This document shows positions 55,643 through 64,000 of a DNA stretch of 64,000 nt, piece by piece. The notes under the pieces are model-generated. The model made no database searches, was not told where the DNA came from, and worked only from the letters and a program-made list of their open reading frames with translations. Each line of letters opens with the position of its first letter. Position 1 is the first letter of the stretch. The stretch lies in sequence record MT129654.1. The stretch is one strand, 5' to 3'. The DNA comes from Escherichia phage MN04. The position numbers were made by a program, and so were the translations under genes.

Positions 55643-56815
55643 ATGTCTGATTTAAAATCCCGTTTGATTAAAGCTTCTACTTCTAAAATGACTGCCGACC
55701 TGACCAAATCTAAATTGTTTAATGGTCGTGACGAAGTTCCTACTCGTATTCCTATGCTTAATATTGCATTGGGTGGTGCATTGAATGCAGGCTTACAATC
55801 AGGTTTGACAATCTTTGCTGCACCGTCTAAACACTTTAAAACGTTGTTTGGATTAACTATGGTTGCGGCGTATATGAAGAAATATCCAGACGCAATTTGC
55901 TTGTTCTATGACTCTGAGTTCGGTGCTTCAGAATCTTATTTCCGTTCAATGGGTGTTGACCTGGAACGTGTGGTTCATACGCCAATCCAGTCAGTCGAAC
56001 AACTGAAGGTTGACATGACCAACCAATTAGAAGAAATTACTCGTGGCGAAAAGGTTATTATCTTTATCGACTCCATCGGTAACACTGCTTCTAAGAAAGA
56101 AACCGAAGATGCTTTGAACGAGAAAGTTGTAGGTGATATGACTCGTGCTAAGTCTCTGAAATCTCTGTTCCGTATCGTAACACCTTATCTGACTATCAAG
56201 GATATTCCTTGTGTAGCAATTAACCATACGGCTATGGAAATTGGTGGAATGTATCCTAAAGAGATTATGGGTGGTGGTACTGGTATTCTGTACTCTGCTT
56301 CTACTGTGTTCTTTATCTCTAAACGTCAGGTTAAAGATGGCACCGAGCTCACTGGTTATGACTTCACCCTGAAGGCCGAAAAATCTCGTACTGTTAAAGA
56401 GAAATCAACGTTCCCAATTACTGTGAACTTTGAAGGTGGTATTGACCCATTCAGTGGATTGCTCGAAATGGCTACTGATATTGGCTTTGTTGTGAAACCT
56501 AAAGCTGGTTGGTATAATCGTGCATTCCTTGACGAAACCACAGGTGAAATGGTTCAAGAAGAAAAATCATGGCGTGCTAAAGCTACCGATTGTGTCGAGT
56601 TCTGGGGACCACTGTTTAAACATGCTCCATTCCGTGAAGCAATCGAGAATAAGTATAAGCTCGGTGCAATTAATTCTATTAAAGAAGTCGATGATGCGGT
56701 GAACGACCTTATTAACTCTCGTGTCTCTAAGAACGTTGCTGTTAAATTAGGTGGCAATGCCCAAAGTGCCGCTGATATCGAAAACGATTTAGAAGAGATG
56801 GATTTAGATGACTGA
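55643..56815 (+). CDS. uvsX: RecA-like recombinase UvsX (390 aa)
   Basis: Walker A-like APSKHFKT; overall match to remembered T4 UvsX including the acidic C-terminus. Confidence 0.92.
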   Translation: MSDLKSRLIKASTSKMTADLTKSKLFNGRDEVPTRIPMLNIALGGALNAGLQSGLTIFAAPSKHFKTLFGLTMVAAYMKKYPDAICLFYDSEFGASESYFRSMGVDLERVVHTPIQSVEQLKVDMTNQLEEITRGEKVIIFIDSIGNTASKKETEDALNEKVVGDMTRAKSLKSLFRIVTPYLTIKDIPCVAINHTAMEIGGMYPKEIMGGGTGILYSASTVFFISKRQVKDGTELTGYDFTLKAEKSRTVKEKSTFPITVNFEGGIDPFSGLLEMATDIGFVVKPKAGWYNRAFLDETTGEMVQEEKSWRAKATDCVEFWGPLFKHAPFREAIENKYKLGAINSIKEVDDAVNDLINSRVSKNVAVKLGGNAQSAADIENDLEEMDLDD

Positions 56816-57137
56816 TTTATCTGATTTAGATAATTTTGTTAAAGATACTGAAGAGGGTCCTAGTGACCCTCGTTATTATGAGAAATCGTTAGATATAATC
56901 CGTAAGTCAATGGGTTCTGTTAAGCAGGAAATTATGCTTACATTACCCGATGGCACTGCTCACATCGTTTATGTGATGAATATTGTTATTGAGAAAGATG
57001 GAAAAGTGTCGGTTGATTTCGGAACGCCTTCCGAAGACCGAAAAGAAGAGCTAGCGCTTCATGTAGAAAAATGTGTTACAATGCAAATACAAGAAGAACT
57101 GGATAAAATTAAATCTAAGAGGTGGTGGAAGTGGTAG
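56808..57137 (+). CDS. 40: gp40-like protein (head vertex assembly chaperone, by synteny; 109 aa)
   Basis: Between uvsX and 41 as in T4; ATGA coupling. Confidence 0.55.
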   Translation: MTDLSDLDNFVKDTEEGPSDPRYYEKSLDIIRKSMGSVKQEIMLTLPDGTAHIVYVMNIVIEKDGKVSVDFGTPSEDRKEELALHVEKCVTMQIQEELDKIKSKRWWKW

Positions 57138-58561
57138 AAACTATTTTGGCTCAACTGCTAGGCAATAGTGATTATTTCACTAAGGTCTGGCCTTATATGA
57201 ATGATTCTTATTTTGACCAGGGTCCGGCAAAGACCCTTTTCAAAGAAATCAAAAAACATGTCAATGAATATAATGCGGTGCCTTCTAAAAATGCTTTGAG
57301 TATTGCATTAGATAACAGCACCCTTTCAGAAGTTGAACACCAAGGAGCTAAAGAGCTTTTAAGTTCACTGAACGCTGGCCCTGAAGACCAAGAATGGTTG
57401 GTTAAAGAGACAGAGAAATATGTTCAGAAGGCAGCGATGTATAATGCCACTTCAAAAATTATTGAAATTCAAACTAATGCCGACCTTCCGGTTGAGCAAC
57501 AAAATAGAAAACTCCCAGGTATTGGTGCTATTCCAGATATCATGCGTGATGCATTATCGATTTGTTTCGATTCTGAATTAGGCCATGACTGGATGGATGA
57601 CTATGAAGAACGTTTTAAAAGTTATTCCGATAAAGCACGTAAGGTTCCATTCCGTCTTAATATTCTGAATAAGATTACTAAGGGTGGCGCTGAGTTTGGT
57701 ACTGAAAACGTATTGTTGGCAGGAACAAACGTAGGTAAGTCTCTGGGTCTGTGTTCATTGGCTGCTGATTACCTTCAATCCGGTTACGATGTTCTTTATA
57801 TCTCCATGGAGATGGCAGAGGAAGTATGCGCTAAGCGTATCGATGCTAACCTTCTAGATGTATCACTGGATGATATTGATGATGGTCACGTCTCATGGCC
57901 TGAATATAAAGCTAAGATGGATAAGTGGCGTTCAACTGCTACTTTAGGTCGTTTAAAGATTAAACAGTATCCTACTGGTGGTGCTAATGCCGATACATTC
58001 CGTGCATTATTAAACGAATACAAGCTCAAACAAAACTTTGTCCCACAGGTCGTTATCGTCGACTACTTGGCTATCTGTGCTTCATCCCGTACGAAAGTTT
58101 TCTCTGAAAACAGTTATGGATTGATTAAGATGGTTGCCGAAGAACTACGTGGACTTGCAGTAGAGAAGAAATTATTGTTGTGGACTGCAGCCCAGACTAC
58201 TCGTGGTGCGAACGTTGCCGCCGAAATCGATATGGCTGATATCGCTGAATCCTTTGGTATTGCACATACTGCAGACTTCATGTTAGGTGTGGTCGAGACA
58301 GAAGAGTTTGCTCAGATGGGTATGCAGATGGTTAAGCAGCTTAAATCTCGTTATGGTGATAAGAGCTACTACAACAAATTTAAGATTGGTGTTAAGAAAG
58401 GAAACCAGCGTTGGTATGAAGTTGAAGACGATTCTAACCCAGGCCCAGTGAACACCGTTCGTGAGGCTACAGGTGAAATGAACCGCCAAGCAGAGGTCAA
58501 TCGCCAGTCGCGTGTTAATAGAAGCGATTTAGACGATTTAGCAGCATCTATCAAATTTTAA
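57122..58561 (+). CDS. 41: replicative DNA helicase gp41 (DnaB-like, 479 aa)
   Basis: MVEVVETILAQLLGNSDYFTKVWPYM...; Walker A GTNVGKS, ISMEM, VIVDYL match remembered T4 gp41. Confidence 0.95.
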   Translation: MVEVVETILAQLLGNSDYFTKVWPYMNDSYFDQGPAKTLFKEIKKHVNEYNAVPSKNALSIALDNSTLSEVEHQGAKELLSSLNAGPEDQEWLVKETEKYVQKAAMYNATSKIIEIQTNADLPVEQQNRKLPGIGAIPDIMRDALSICFDSELGHDWMDDYEERFKSYSDKARKVPFRLNILNKITKGGAEFGTENVLLAGTNVGKSLGLCSLAADYLQSGYDVLYISMEMAEEVCAKRIDANLLDVSLDDIDDGHVSWPEYKAKMDKWRSTATLGRLKIKQYPTGGANADTFRALLNEYKLKQNFVPQVVIVDYLAICASSRTKVFSENSYGLIKMVAEELRGLAVEKKLLLWTAAQTTRGANVAAEIDMADIAESFGIAHTADFMLGVVETEEFAQMGMQMVKQLKSRYGDKSYYNKFKIGVKKGNQRWYEVEDDSNPGPVNTVREATGEMNRQAEVNRQSRVNRSDLDDLAASIKF

Positions 58562-58584
58562 GGAGCTTCGGCTCCTTTTTTTTG
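58561..58584 (+). terminator. rho-independent terminator
   Basis: Hairpin ggagc-ttcg-gctcc followed by a T8 run. Confidence 0.75.
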
Positions 58585-58592
58585 TTTTAAGG

Positions 58593-58635
58593 GTTTACTT
58601 CTCCTGTAGGCATGATACTATAGACCTATCAACTT
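58593..58635 (+). promoter_or_regulatory. T4-type early promoter cassette
   Basis: GTTTAC 58593-58598 and core gatactatagacctatcaa. Confidence 0.6.
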
Positions 58636-58645
58636 GGAGAACAAA

Positions 58646-58963
58646 ATGAAAACCATCGACTGTAAAGCGGAATATAAAGTGTATTACCATGGAAGTTGTA
58701 GTGTTGCTAATATTGGTAATATGCTTTGTCCTCCTGAGGAAACAGGAGTTCTGTCTGAAACTGGTCGTAAGAAAAACCTAAATCGTGTGTTCTTTACTGA
58801 AGATATCGGTTTGGCTAAGATTTATGCTGGACGAGCTGCTCGTTCGGTGGGAGGAGAACCTCGTCTTTATCGTGTAATTGCTCCGGTAGATGTGGTTTGT
58901 TTAAATGATACCAAAGGCGCTACGGTTTATCACGCTGAATGGGCCTTCTGTGAGGAAATCTAA
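58646..58963 (+). CDS. hypothetical Cys-containing protein (105 aa)
   Basis: ATG 58646 with SD ggag. Confidence 0.5.
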   Translation: MKTIDCKAEYKVYYHGSCSVANIGNMLCPPEETGVLSETGRKKNLNRVFFTEDIGLAKIYAGRAARSVGGEPRLYRVIAPVDVVCLNDTKGATVYHAEWAFCEEI

Positions 58964-59167
58964 ATGTATAAATTAGAGAACGTAGTGTTTATTGGTTGGT
59001 TTGAAAATGGTAATATGTTTACCAAAGAAACTGCGCTGGATGTTAGTGACCAAAAAATGATTGAATGGGTTACAGTGCAGTATGCAGAAGTGAATAATGC
59101 ACTGGTGAAAGCCTTTGTTAATGACAATAAAGTTTTTGAATATGATGCCCGCATTGAGGAAATCTAA
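58964..59167 (+). CDS. dmd: Dmd antitoxin (discriminator of mRNA degradation, 67 aa)
   Basis: NVVFIGWFENGNMFTKE...VQYAEVNNALVKAFVNDNKV matches remembered T4 Dmd (61.5). Confidence 0.8.
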   Translation: MYKLENVVFIGWFENGNMFTKETALDVSDQKMIEWVTVQYAEVNNALVKAFVNDNKVFEYDARIEEI

Positions 59168-59308
59168 ATGGAAGAGGTTGAATGTGTAGTATGTGGTTGT
59201 TCGGTATGTGAAGACCAGGCAGTATTTGATGCTTGGGACAACGCAACTTGTTTAGACTGCGATAGCGAATACGAAGAAATTGCTCATAAACATGAAGACG
59301 AGGAATAA
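59168..59308 (+). CDS. small zinc-ribbon protein (46 aa)
   Basis: CVVCGCSVC...CLDC; TAAATG coupling at both ends; under the ORF-track cutoff. Confidence 0.4.
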   Translation: MEEVECVVCGCSVCEDQAVFDAWDNATCLDCDSEYEEIAHKHEDEE

Positions 59309-59548
59309 ATGAATATTGTATTAATGAAGCCAACCCCTAGCTCTTTTTGGAATAAATCTTTTGGTAAGCATAATATGTTTATCCAACGCACCGTAAGCAG
59401 CTGGGAACTAGTTCTTTCAGTAGGTCATAATGATTATGAACAGGAATATGTAGAGTTCTTCGAATTTCCTGTGAAGCCTACTAAGCGTCAGATTCGTCAG
59501 ACCAAACGTAAATTCCGTAAAATTTATTTGGAAGATTCGTTAAAATAA
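59309..59548 (+). CDS. small protein with basic C-terminal tail PTKRQIRQTKRKFRK (79 aa)
   Basis: ORF; paralogous tail to the ORF at 60339. Confidence 0.5.
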   Translation: MNIVLMKPTPSSFWNKSFGKHNMFIQRTVSSWELVLSVGHNDYEQEYVEFFEFPVKPTKRQIRQTKRKFRKIYLEDSLK

Positions 59549-59549
59549 A

Positions 59550-59595
59550 GTTTACATCGGTCTATGGTAGTGATACTATAGACCTATCCACTAAT
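59550..59595 (+). promoter_or_regulatory. T4-type early promoter cassette
   Basis: GTTTAC 59550-59555; inverted repeat ggtctatgg/ctatagacc; core gatactatagacctatcca. Confidence 0.6.
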
Positions 59596-59607
59596 GAGGA
59601 GTTAAAA

Positions 59608-59901
59608 ATGAAAAAGTTATTAATCGCAGCAATCCTTACAGTAGCATCATGTGGCACGGCTCCGGTAACTGCCGGATTGGATAAAGACCTTTGTGAATGG
59701 TCTATGACTGCAGACCAAGAGTCAGTTGAACATCAGATTTATGCCGATATCATGAACATCACTAAACGTGACCGTCCTGACATGGTTAAAGAAGTGTCCG
59801 ACCAATTAGCTTCAACCGGTGTTATGCAGTACAACTATGTTTTGTATTGTGACGCTAATTTCGATAACAAAAACATTGTTAAAGAGGTTACAGGTGAGTA
59901 A
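59608..59901 (+). CDS. sp: Spackle, periplasmic superinfection-exclusion protein (97 aa)
   Basis: Signal peptide plus DKDLCEWSMTADQ...VMQYNYVLYCD matches remembered T4 Sp (61.3); length identical. Confidence 0.8.
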   Translation: MKKLLIAAILTVASCGTAPVTAGLDKDLCEWSMTADQESVEHQIYADIMNITKRDRPDMVKEVSDQLASTGVMQYNYVLYCDANFDNKNIVKEVTGE

Positions 59902-59902
59902 A

Positions 59903-60337
59903 ATGATTAACAGAACTTTGGTTATTAAAAAGCTTCGTTGTAAAAATCCAAACGCACAAGCATACAGGATGTTTTGGAGCGACGACCATCAGTACCTAGG
60001 TTATTTTATTGTTGATAGCGACGATAGAATTGTATTCGCTCATAAACTTCTTAACAGAGAATTAAACCATTGGCAAGAACTTATTGCTGTTAAGTCTAAA
60101 TTATTTTCGCTCAATGCAATGCACCAATTGGTTTATTTTTTCGCTGACGGGTTTCCGGACAAGGTTGAATTTGAAGGATTCGAATTTAAAGATATCCACC
60201 CGGGCAACGAATTGAACGACCGCGTTAATATGGATATCCCTAGCAAGTATATCAAAAACAGTCTGTTGAAAATTCTGGAAGCTCCGGTTTATTCAATTGA
60301 CGACCAGATTTTTAATGCCTTTATGAACCGAGGTTGA
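59903..60337 (+). CDS. hypothetical protein (144 aa)
   Basis: ATG 59903 after SD ggtgag. Confidence 0.45.
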   Translation: MINRTLVIKKLRCKNPNAQAYRMFWSDDHQYLGYFIVDSDDRIVFAHKLLNRELNHWQELIAVKSKLFSLNAMHQLVYFFADGFPDKVEFEGFEFKDIHPGNELNDRVNMDIPSKYIKNSLLKILEAPVYSIDDQIFNAFMNRG

Positions 60338-60338
60338 T

Positions 60339-60560
60339 ATGTTTGTCTTAACTCAATTCTCTAAAGCAGTGTATAGTTACTCTTGTCAGTGGGAAGTCTT
60401 TATTGATTCTCCTTCGCCCAAGTACGGCGTTTTTGGACGAGTAACTACTCAGGCTTACGTTGCACGACCTACTAAAAGACAGATTCGTAAGCTTAAAAAG
60501 GCACACCGTCAACTGATTAAAAGAAGGGAACAATATGAGTGCAATGTGTACGGGCTCTAA
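60339..60560 (+). CDS. small protein with basic tail PTKRQIRKLKKAHRQ (73 aa)
   Basis: ORF; paralogous tail to the ORF at 59309. Confidence 0.5.
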   Translation: MFVLTQFSKAVYSYSCQWEVFIDSPSPKYGVFGRVTTQAYVARPTKRQIRKLKKAHRQLIKRREQYECNVYGL

Positions 60561-60726
60561 GATTTCTGTATTCGAACTGTTCGAAGAATATGAAATCGTA
60601 TCAAAAGACCAAGAAGCTATCCATATTATTGCAGGTGATGGCGTAACTTGGATTATCCCACTTTACCACGAAGATACGTATGAAGTCACTGATGCAAATG
60701 GTGATAAAGCTATTTTCGTAATATAA
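60535..60726 (+). CDS. hypothetical protein (63 aa)
   Basis: Overlapping ORF. Confidence 0.4.
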   Translation: MSAMCTGSKISVFELFEEYEIVSKDQEAIHIIAGDGVTWIIPLYHEDTYEVTDANGDKAIFVI

Positions 60727-60729
60727 ATA
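60722..60729 (+). promoter_or_regulatory. candidate late promoter TATAAATA
   Basis: Exact TATAAATA 14 nt upstream of ATG 60743. Confidence 0.35.
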
Positions 60730-60742
60730 AGGCCAGGAGCCT

Positions 60743-60904
60743 ATGAAATCTTTTAAAGAAGTTATGAACGAAGATATGGTCGCAGGCGATGCTGGTGGAA
60801 ATCCATCTAATATTGCCTCCGGAACTACCTCAGGCGCAGTCGTCAACAAAGGGCCTGAACAAATCCCATCTAAAAAGCGTAAAGAAAAATCCGAAAACGA
60901 ATGA
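60743..60904 (+). CDS. small protein with CTS-like N-terminus MKSFKEVMNED and basic tail (53 aa)
   Basis: ATG 60743 with SD ggccaggag; under the ORF-track cutoff. Confidence 0.35.
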   Translation: MKSFKEVMNEDMVAGDAGGNPSNIASGTTSGAVVNKGPEQIPSKKRKEKSENE

Positions 60905-60942
60905 TATAATGGCTCTATTAATTTAGAGCCCAAGGAAAAATA

Positions 60943-61971
60943 ATGTCATATGTCGATAGAGAATTTGCTGTACGTGCCTTGAATTACCAACCTAAATTCA
61001 GACAAGTAACTGGTAGTGATTTTAAATTAAATTGTCGTTGCCGTGTATGTGGTGACTCCCAAAAAGATGAAAACAAAGCTCGATTCTGGGCCTATCCGGC
61101 CAATGACGGCTCTGTAATGCTACACTGTTTTAACTGTGATTATTCGGCAGGAATTAAGAAGTACCTATACGAATATGAGCCTGATTTATATCGCGAATAT
61201 ATTCTTGAGAAACATAAAGAGCAATCGTTCGGGAGACAAGCTGCACCTAAGGTGGAGATATCTGAAAAAATTAAAGCTAAGATGCCTGTCATTGAAAAGC
61301 TTAATTTCTGTGAACGATTAGATAGAATGCCGAAAGACCATCCTATTATTAAGTATGTAACTCTGCGGTGCATTCCTGAAAATAAATGGAATCGGTTATG
61401 GTTTACTAAAGAATGGCCTGCATTGGTGAATTCTGTTAATCCAGGGACCTATTCCAAAGAAATGCCTGAACCACGTTTGGTTATTCCAATTTTCAATAAG
61501 AATAAGCAAATTGAAAGTTTTCAGGGCCGAGCCTTACGTAAAGATGCTCCACAAAAATATATTACAATAAAAGCTCATGACCAAGCTACAAAAATATATG
61601 GAATGGATACAGTTGACGAACGTCAATTGGTGTGGGTAATGGAAGGTCCTATTGATTCATTATTCGTACCTAATGCAATAGCAATTACTGGTGGGTCGTT
61701 GGACTTGGCTATGGTTCCGTGTAAAGAAACTCGTGCCTGGGTAATGGACAATGAACCCCGTCATCCTGACACAATTAAGCGTATGCAACGATTAGTTGAT
61801 GCCGGCGAAAGGGTCCTATTCTGGGACAAGGCTCCATGGCCTTCTAAAGATATAAATGATATGGTTATGAAAGATAAAGCTGATATAAATGATATATTGA
61901 CGTATATGAAAGCTAATATAGCCCAAGGGTTAATGGCAAAAATGAGGCTTTCAAAATATTCTAAAATTTAG
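60943..61971 (+). CDS. 61: DNA primase gp61 (342 aa)
   Basis: N-terminal zinc ribbon CRCRVCGDS...CFNC, TOPRIM-like core, length equal to T4 gp61; synteny 41...61-56. Confidence 0.85.
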   Translation: MSYVDREFAVRALNYQPKFRQVTGSDFKLNCRCRVCGDSQKDENKARFWAYPANDGSVMLHCFNCDYSAGIKKYLYEYEPDLYREYILEKHKEQSFGRQAAPKVEISEKIKAKMPVIEKLNFCERLDRMPKDHPIIKYVTLRCIPENKWNRLWFTKEWPALVNSVNPGTYSKEMPEPRLVIPIFNKNKQIESFQGRALRKDAPQKYITIKAHDQATKIYGMDTVDERQLVWVMEGPIDSLFVPNAIAITGGSLDLAMVPCKETRAWVMDNEPRHPDTIKRMQRLVDAGERVLFWDKAPWPSKDINDMVMKDKADINDILTYMKANIAQGLMAKMRLSKYSKI

Positions 61972-62168
61972 ACAGGAACTCCGCTAAAGAATCCAATTAT
62001 GCTTAATACGTGTTCCATTGTAACCGCTGGTAAAATTACCCCTTGGCTAGCGGCTACAGGAACTACTAAAAGATTCCAAAGGAATACGTCTAGCGCAAGA
62101 AAACCTAACATCATTTTCTTGTCTTTCTTTTCAGCCAATTTCCAGATTTGGTAAAAAATACTACCCAT
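61968..62168 (-). CDS. small membrane protein on minus strand (66 aa)
   Basis: Strong SD AGGAGG 5 nt upstream of minus-strand ATG at 62168; hydrophobic; tail-to-tail with gene 61. Confidence 0.5.
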   Translation of the reverse strand: MGSIFYQIWKLAEKKDKKMMLGFLALDVFLWNLLVVPVAASQGVILPAVTMEHVLSIIGFFSGVPV

Positions 62169-62262
62169 GTTATCCTCCTGTTAAATTAATATTTATTCGC
62201 TTTAATCTAGCAGTTTATAATTATCTAACTTACTAACAAATGAATTGATAAGGAAAAATATA

Positions 62263-62784
62263 ATGGCTCATTTTAATGAATGTTCTCAACTGATTGCCGG
62301 TGCCGATAAAGCTGAAGAAGCTTATTTTAATGCTCTGATTCACGAAGATAAAGACCCTCTGCAGGTTATGCTTGATATGCAGAAATCTTTGCAGGTTCGT
62401 TTAGCTAAAGATAAGCCTGAATATAATCGTCATCCTGATGATTTGGCCACTGCGGGTGAAGTTGTCGATTGGCTTCGCAACCAGAAAGATTATATTGATG
62501 ACGAATTCCGTGAACTTCTGACTTCTCTTGGTGGTATGAGTAATGGTGAAAAAGATGCATCTGCAGTATGGAAGCCTTGGAAAGCTCAACATGCTGAACG
62601 TCGTGAAACCCTGATTAACGATTTGTCTCCTGAAGACCAGCTCGAAATTAAATTCGAAATGATTGATATTCTGCACTTTGTTCTGAATATGTTCCAGGGT
62701 CTTGGACTGACCGCTGAAGAAATCTTTAAACTGTATTACCTTAAAAATGCCGAGAACTTTGCTCGTCAAGACCGAGGTTATTAA
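62263..62784 (+). CDS. 56: dCTP pyrophosphatase gp56 (MazG-like, 173 aa)
   Basis: MAHFNECSQLIAGADKAEEAY...PLQVMLDMQ...DDEFRELLTSLG...EEIFKLYYLKNAENFARQDRGY matches remembered T4 gp56. Confidence 0.92.
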   Translation: MAHFNECSQLIAGADKAEEAYFNALIHEDKDPLQVMLDMQKSLQVRLAKDKPEYNRHPDDLATAGEVVDWLRNQKDYIDDEFRELLTSLGGMSNGEKDASAVWKPWKAQHAERRETLINDLSPEDQLEIKFEMIDILHFVLNMFQGLGLTAEEIFKLYYLKNAENFARQDRGY

Positions 62785-62825
62785 GTTATAAATACACCTG
62801 TAATTAAACAACAAAGGAGTTAATT

Positions 62826-63059
62826 ATGGGTGGTTTCGTTAATATCAAAACCTTTACGCATCCAGCTGGTGAAGGTAAAGAAGTTAAAGGTACTGAGGTT
62901 TCAGTCCCGTTTGAAATCTATTCAAATGAGCATCGTATTGCCAATGCTCATTATCAGACTTTCCCTTCGGCCGTTGCAGCCTATACTACTGTAGTGACTG
63001 ATGCAGCCGATTGGCGAACTAAGAACGCGGCGATGTTTACGCCAACTGATATTGTTTAA
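62826..63059 (+). CDS. hypothetical protein (77 aa)
   Basis: ORF with SD aaggag. Confidence 0.5.
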   Translation: MGGFVNIKTFTHPAGEGKEVKGTEVSVPFEIYSNEHRIANAHYQTFPSAVAAYTTVVTDAADWRTKNAAMFTPTDIV

Positions 63060-63065
63060 TTATAA

Positions 63066-63087
63066 GGAACCTTCGGGTTCCTTTTTT
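63066..63087 (+). terminator. rho-independent terminator
   Basis: Hairpin ggaacc-ttcg-ggttcc followed by TTTTTT. Confidence 0.75.
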
Positions 63088-63097
63088 CGTTTTAGTA

Positions 63098-63135
63098 GTT
63101 TACTTTACGAGTAGGCCATGTTAAGATAGATGTAT
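63098..63135 (+). promoter_or_regulatory. early promoter candidate
   Basis: GTTTAC 63098-63103; hairpin aagata/tatctt in the -10 region. Confidence 0.45.
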
Positions 63136-63153
63136 CTTATAGAGGAGAACACT

Positions 63154-63363
63154 ATGTTAAATCGTTGGATTAAACCAAATAAAACTTTGGATGAAATTAT
63201 CGCTAATCACGTATTGAAAAAGTACTTCTATACTCCTTGGTATACCGAAGTTATTGTCCATTCATTTATGATGCATGAAGACGGTTCTATCGAATTTAAT
63301 GCCGAAATCCGTCACGAGACTGATGATATTGATAAGGTTGAATTTAAACGAGGTTTCCTATGA
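63154..63363 (+). CDS. hypothetical protein (69 aa)
   Basis: ATG 63154 with SD gaggag. Confidence 0.45.
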   Translation: MLNRWIKPNKTLDEIIANHVLKKYFYTPWYTEVIVHSFMMHEDGSIEFNAEIRHETDDIDKVEFKRGFL

Positions 63364-63677
63364 TTCGTTGGCTTAAGAATTTTTTCAAGACCACTCCTGG
63401 TGAAGGTGTAGTTCCTATCTCAGGTCCGAAGGAATATGTTTATGTAGGCGATGGTATGATGGAAGAAGTTACCCGTCAACCTGAAAAGGCGGGTAATGTG
63501 GATGCCAAGGCTATTCCTTTGAATTCTAAAAAGTTTAAAGAACATCTAGAAGCTAGTCGAACAAGCCATATTGATACCACTCCTATTATGGTTGCGGCTG
63601 CCGTTAGTTCTTGGACCGGCGATTCGTCTTATTCTGACTCAGGAAGCTGTGACTCATCGTCCGGCTCGTGTGATTAA
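63360..63677 (+). CDS. protein with Ser/Cys-rich C-terminal tail (105 aa)
   Basis: ATGA coupling; C-terminus SSWTGDSSYSDSGSCDSSSGSCD. Confidence 0.5.
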   Translation: MIRWLKNFFKTTPGEGVVPISGPKEYVYVGDGMMEEVTRQPEKAGNVDAKAIPLNSKKFKEHLEASRTSHIDTTPIMVAAAVSSWTGDSSYSDSGSCDSSSGSCD

Positions 63678-63877
63678 TGAAACCTTTATCATGGCTTAAA
63701 GATTGGCTAGACCGTCCTGGTGATTATCTTGATGACGGTTGGTTAGACCAAGCTAATGCAGAAATGAAACGTGAATCCGAGGAATGGATTCTTAAAGGCA
63801 TCCGTGACGAACGCGAAAAGAAATTAGAACGCGAGGCCCTTAGGATTATGCGTGATATCTATGGGGATAAATCATGA
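63677..63877 (+). CDS. hypothetical protein (66 aa)
   Basis: TAATG-coupled ORF. Confidence 0.45.
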   Translation: MKPLSWLKDWLDRPGDYLDDGWLDQANAEMKRESEEWILKGIRDEREKKLEREALRIMRDIYGDKS

Positions 63878-64000
63878 CTATTGAAGAAGCTGAAGCACGT
63901 ACTAAAGAGGCAATGGATTTGCTTCTTAAAATTGGTAGTAAAATGATGGAAGAAAACGAGAAATACATCCAGGAAAATAAAATTCCGGATGGTCCTTTAG
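63874..64000 (+). CDS. hypothetical protein, N-terminal fragment (runs off window end)
   Basis: ATGA-coupled ATG at 63874; open to the end of the window. Confidence 0.35.
   Translation, partial: MTIEEAEARTKEAMDLLLKIGSKMMEENEKYIQENKIPDGPL

Noticed and set aside
5161-59590. Recurring 20-nt core gatactatagacctatcaa considered as CRISPR-like repeats
   Set aside because: Copies are kilobases apart and irregularly spaced, each sits in promoter context (GTTTAC 17-18 nt upstream) before a gene; no repeat-spacer periodicity.

Overview
This window reads as a contiguous segment of a T4-like (Tevenvirinae) myovirus genome; the plus strand is the direction of early transcription. Protein identities come from reading the supplied translations against remembered T4 protein sequences and T4 gene order, with no database search run. 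The DNA polymerase is closest to what I recall of RB69, so I treat the phage as an RB69-like relative, not RB69 itself. Gene order: baseplate genes 5 and 53 (minus strand), then 4-2-3-1-57A-57B, a hyperplastic region with five capsid-targeting-sequence (CTS) internal proteins, three tRNAs and many small ORFs, endolysin e, tk, nrdC, 49, 55, the replication/recombination block 47-46-45.2-rpbA-45-44-62-regA-43, then uvsX-40-41, dmd, sp, 61 and 56. Regulatory signals are dense: at least 18 T4-type early promoters (many inside a near-identical promoter/stem-loop cassette), TATAAATA late promoters, MotA-box middle promoters and hairpin terminators. The strongest candidate for an undescribed system is a five-gene translationally coupled operon around the gene 42 hydroxymethylase, sitting where T4 has beta-glucosyltransferase: a fused sugar-1-phosphate nucleotidyltransferase/kinase, an HAD phosphatase, a thymidylate-kinase-family kinase and an unassigned 297-aa protein. 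No alpha- or beta-glucosyltransferase is recognisable, so a non-glucose cytosine hypermodification is likely. Other leads are a tandem array of five small paralogs with a conserved C-terminal W-x-S-S-x-x-C tail, a collagen-repeat late gene on the minus strand, a macro-domain protein and a Pol-beta-type nucleotidyltransferase. Coordinates of short motifs may be off by 1-2 nt.
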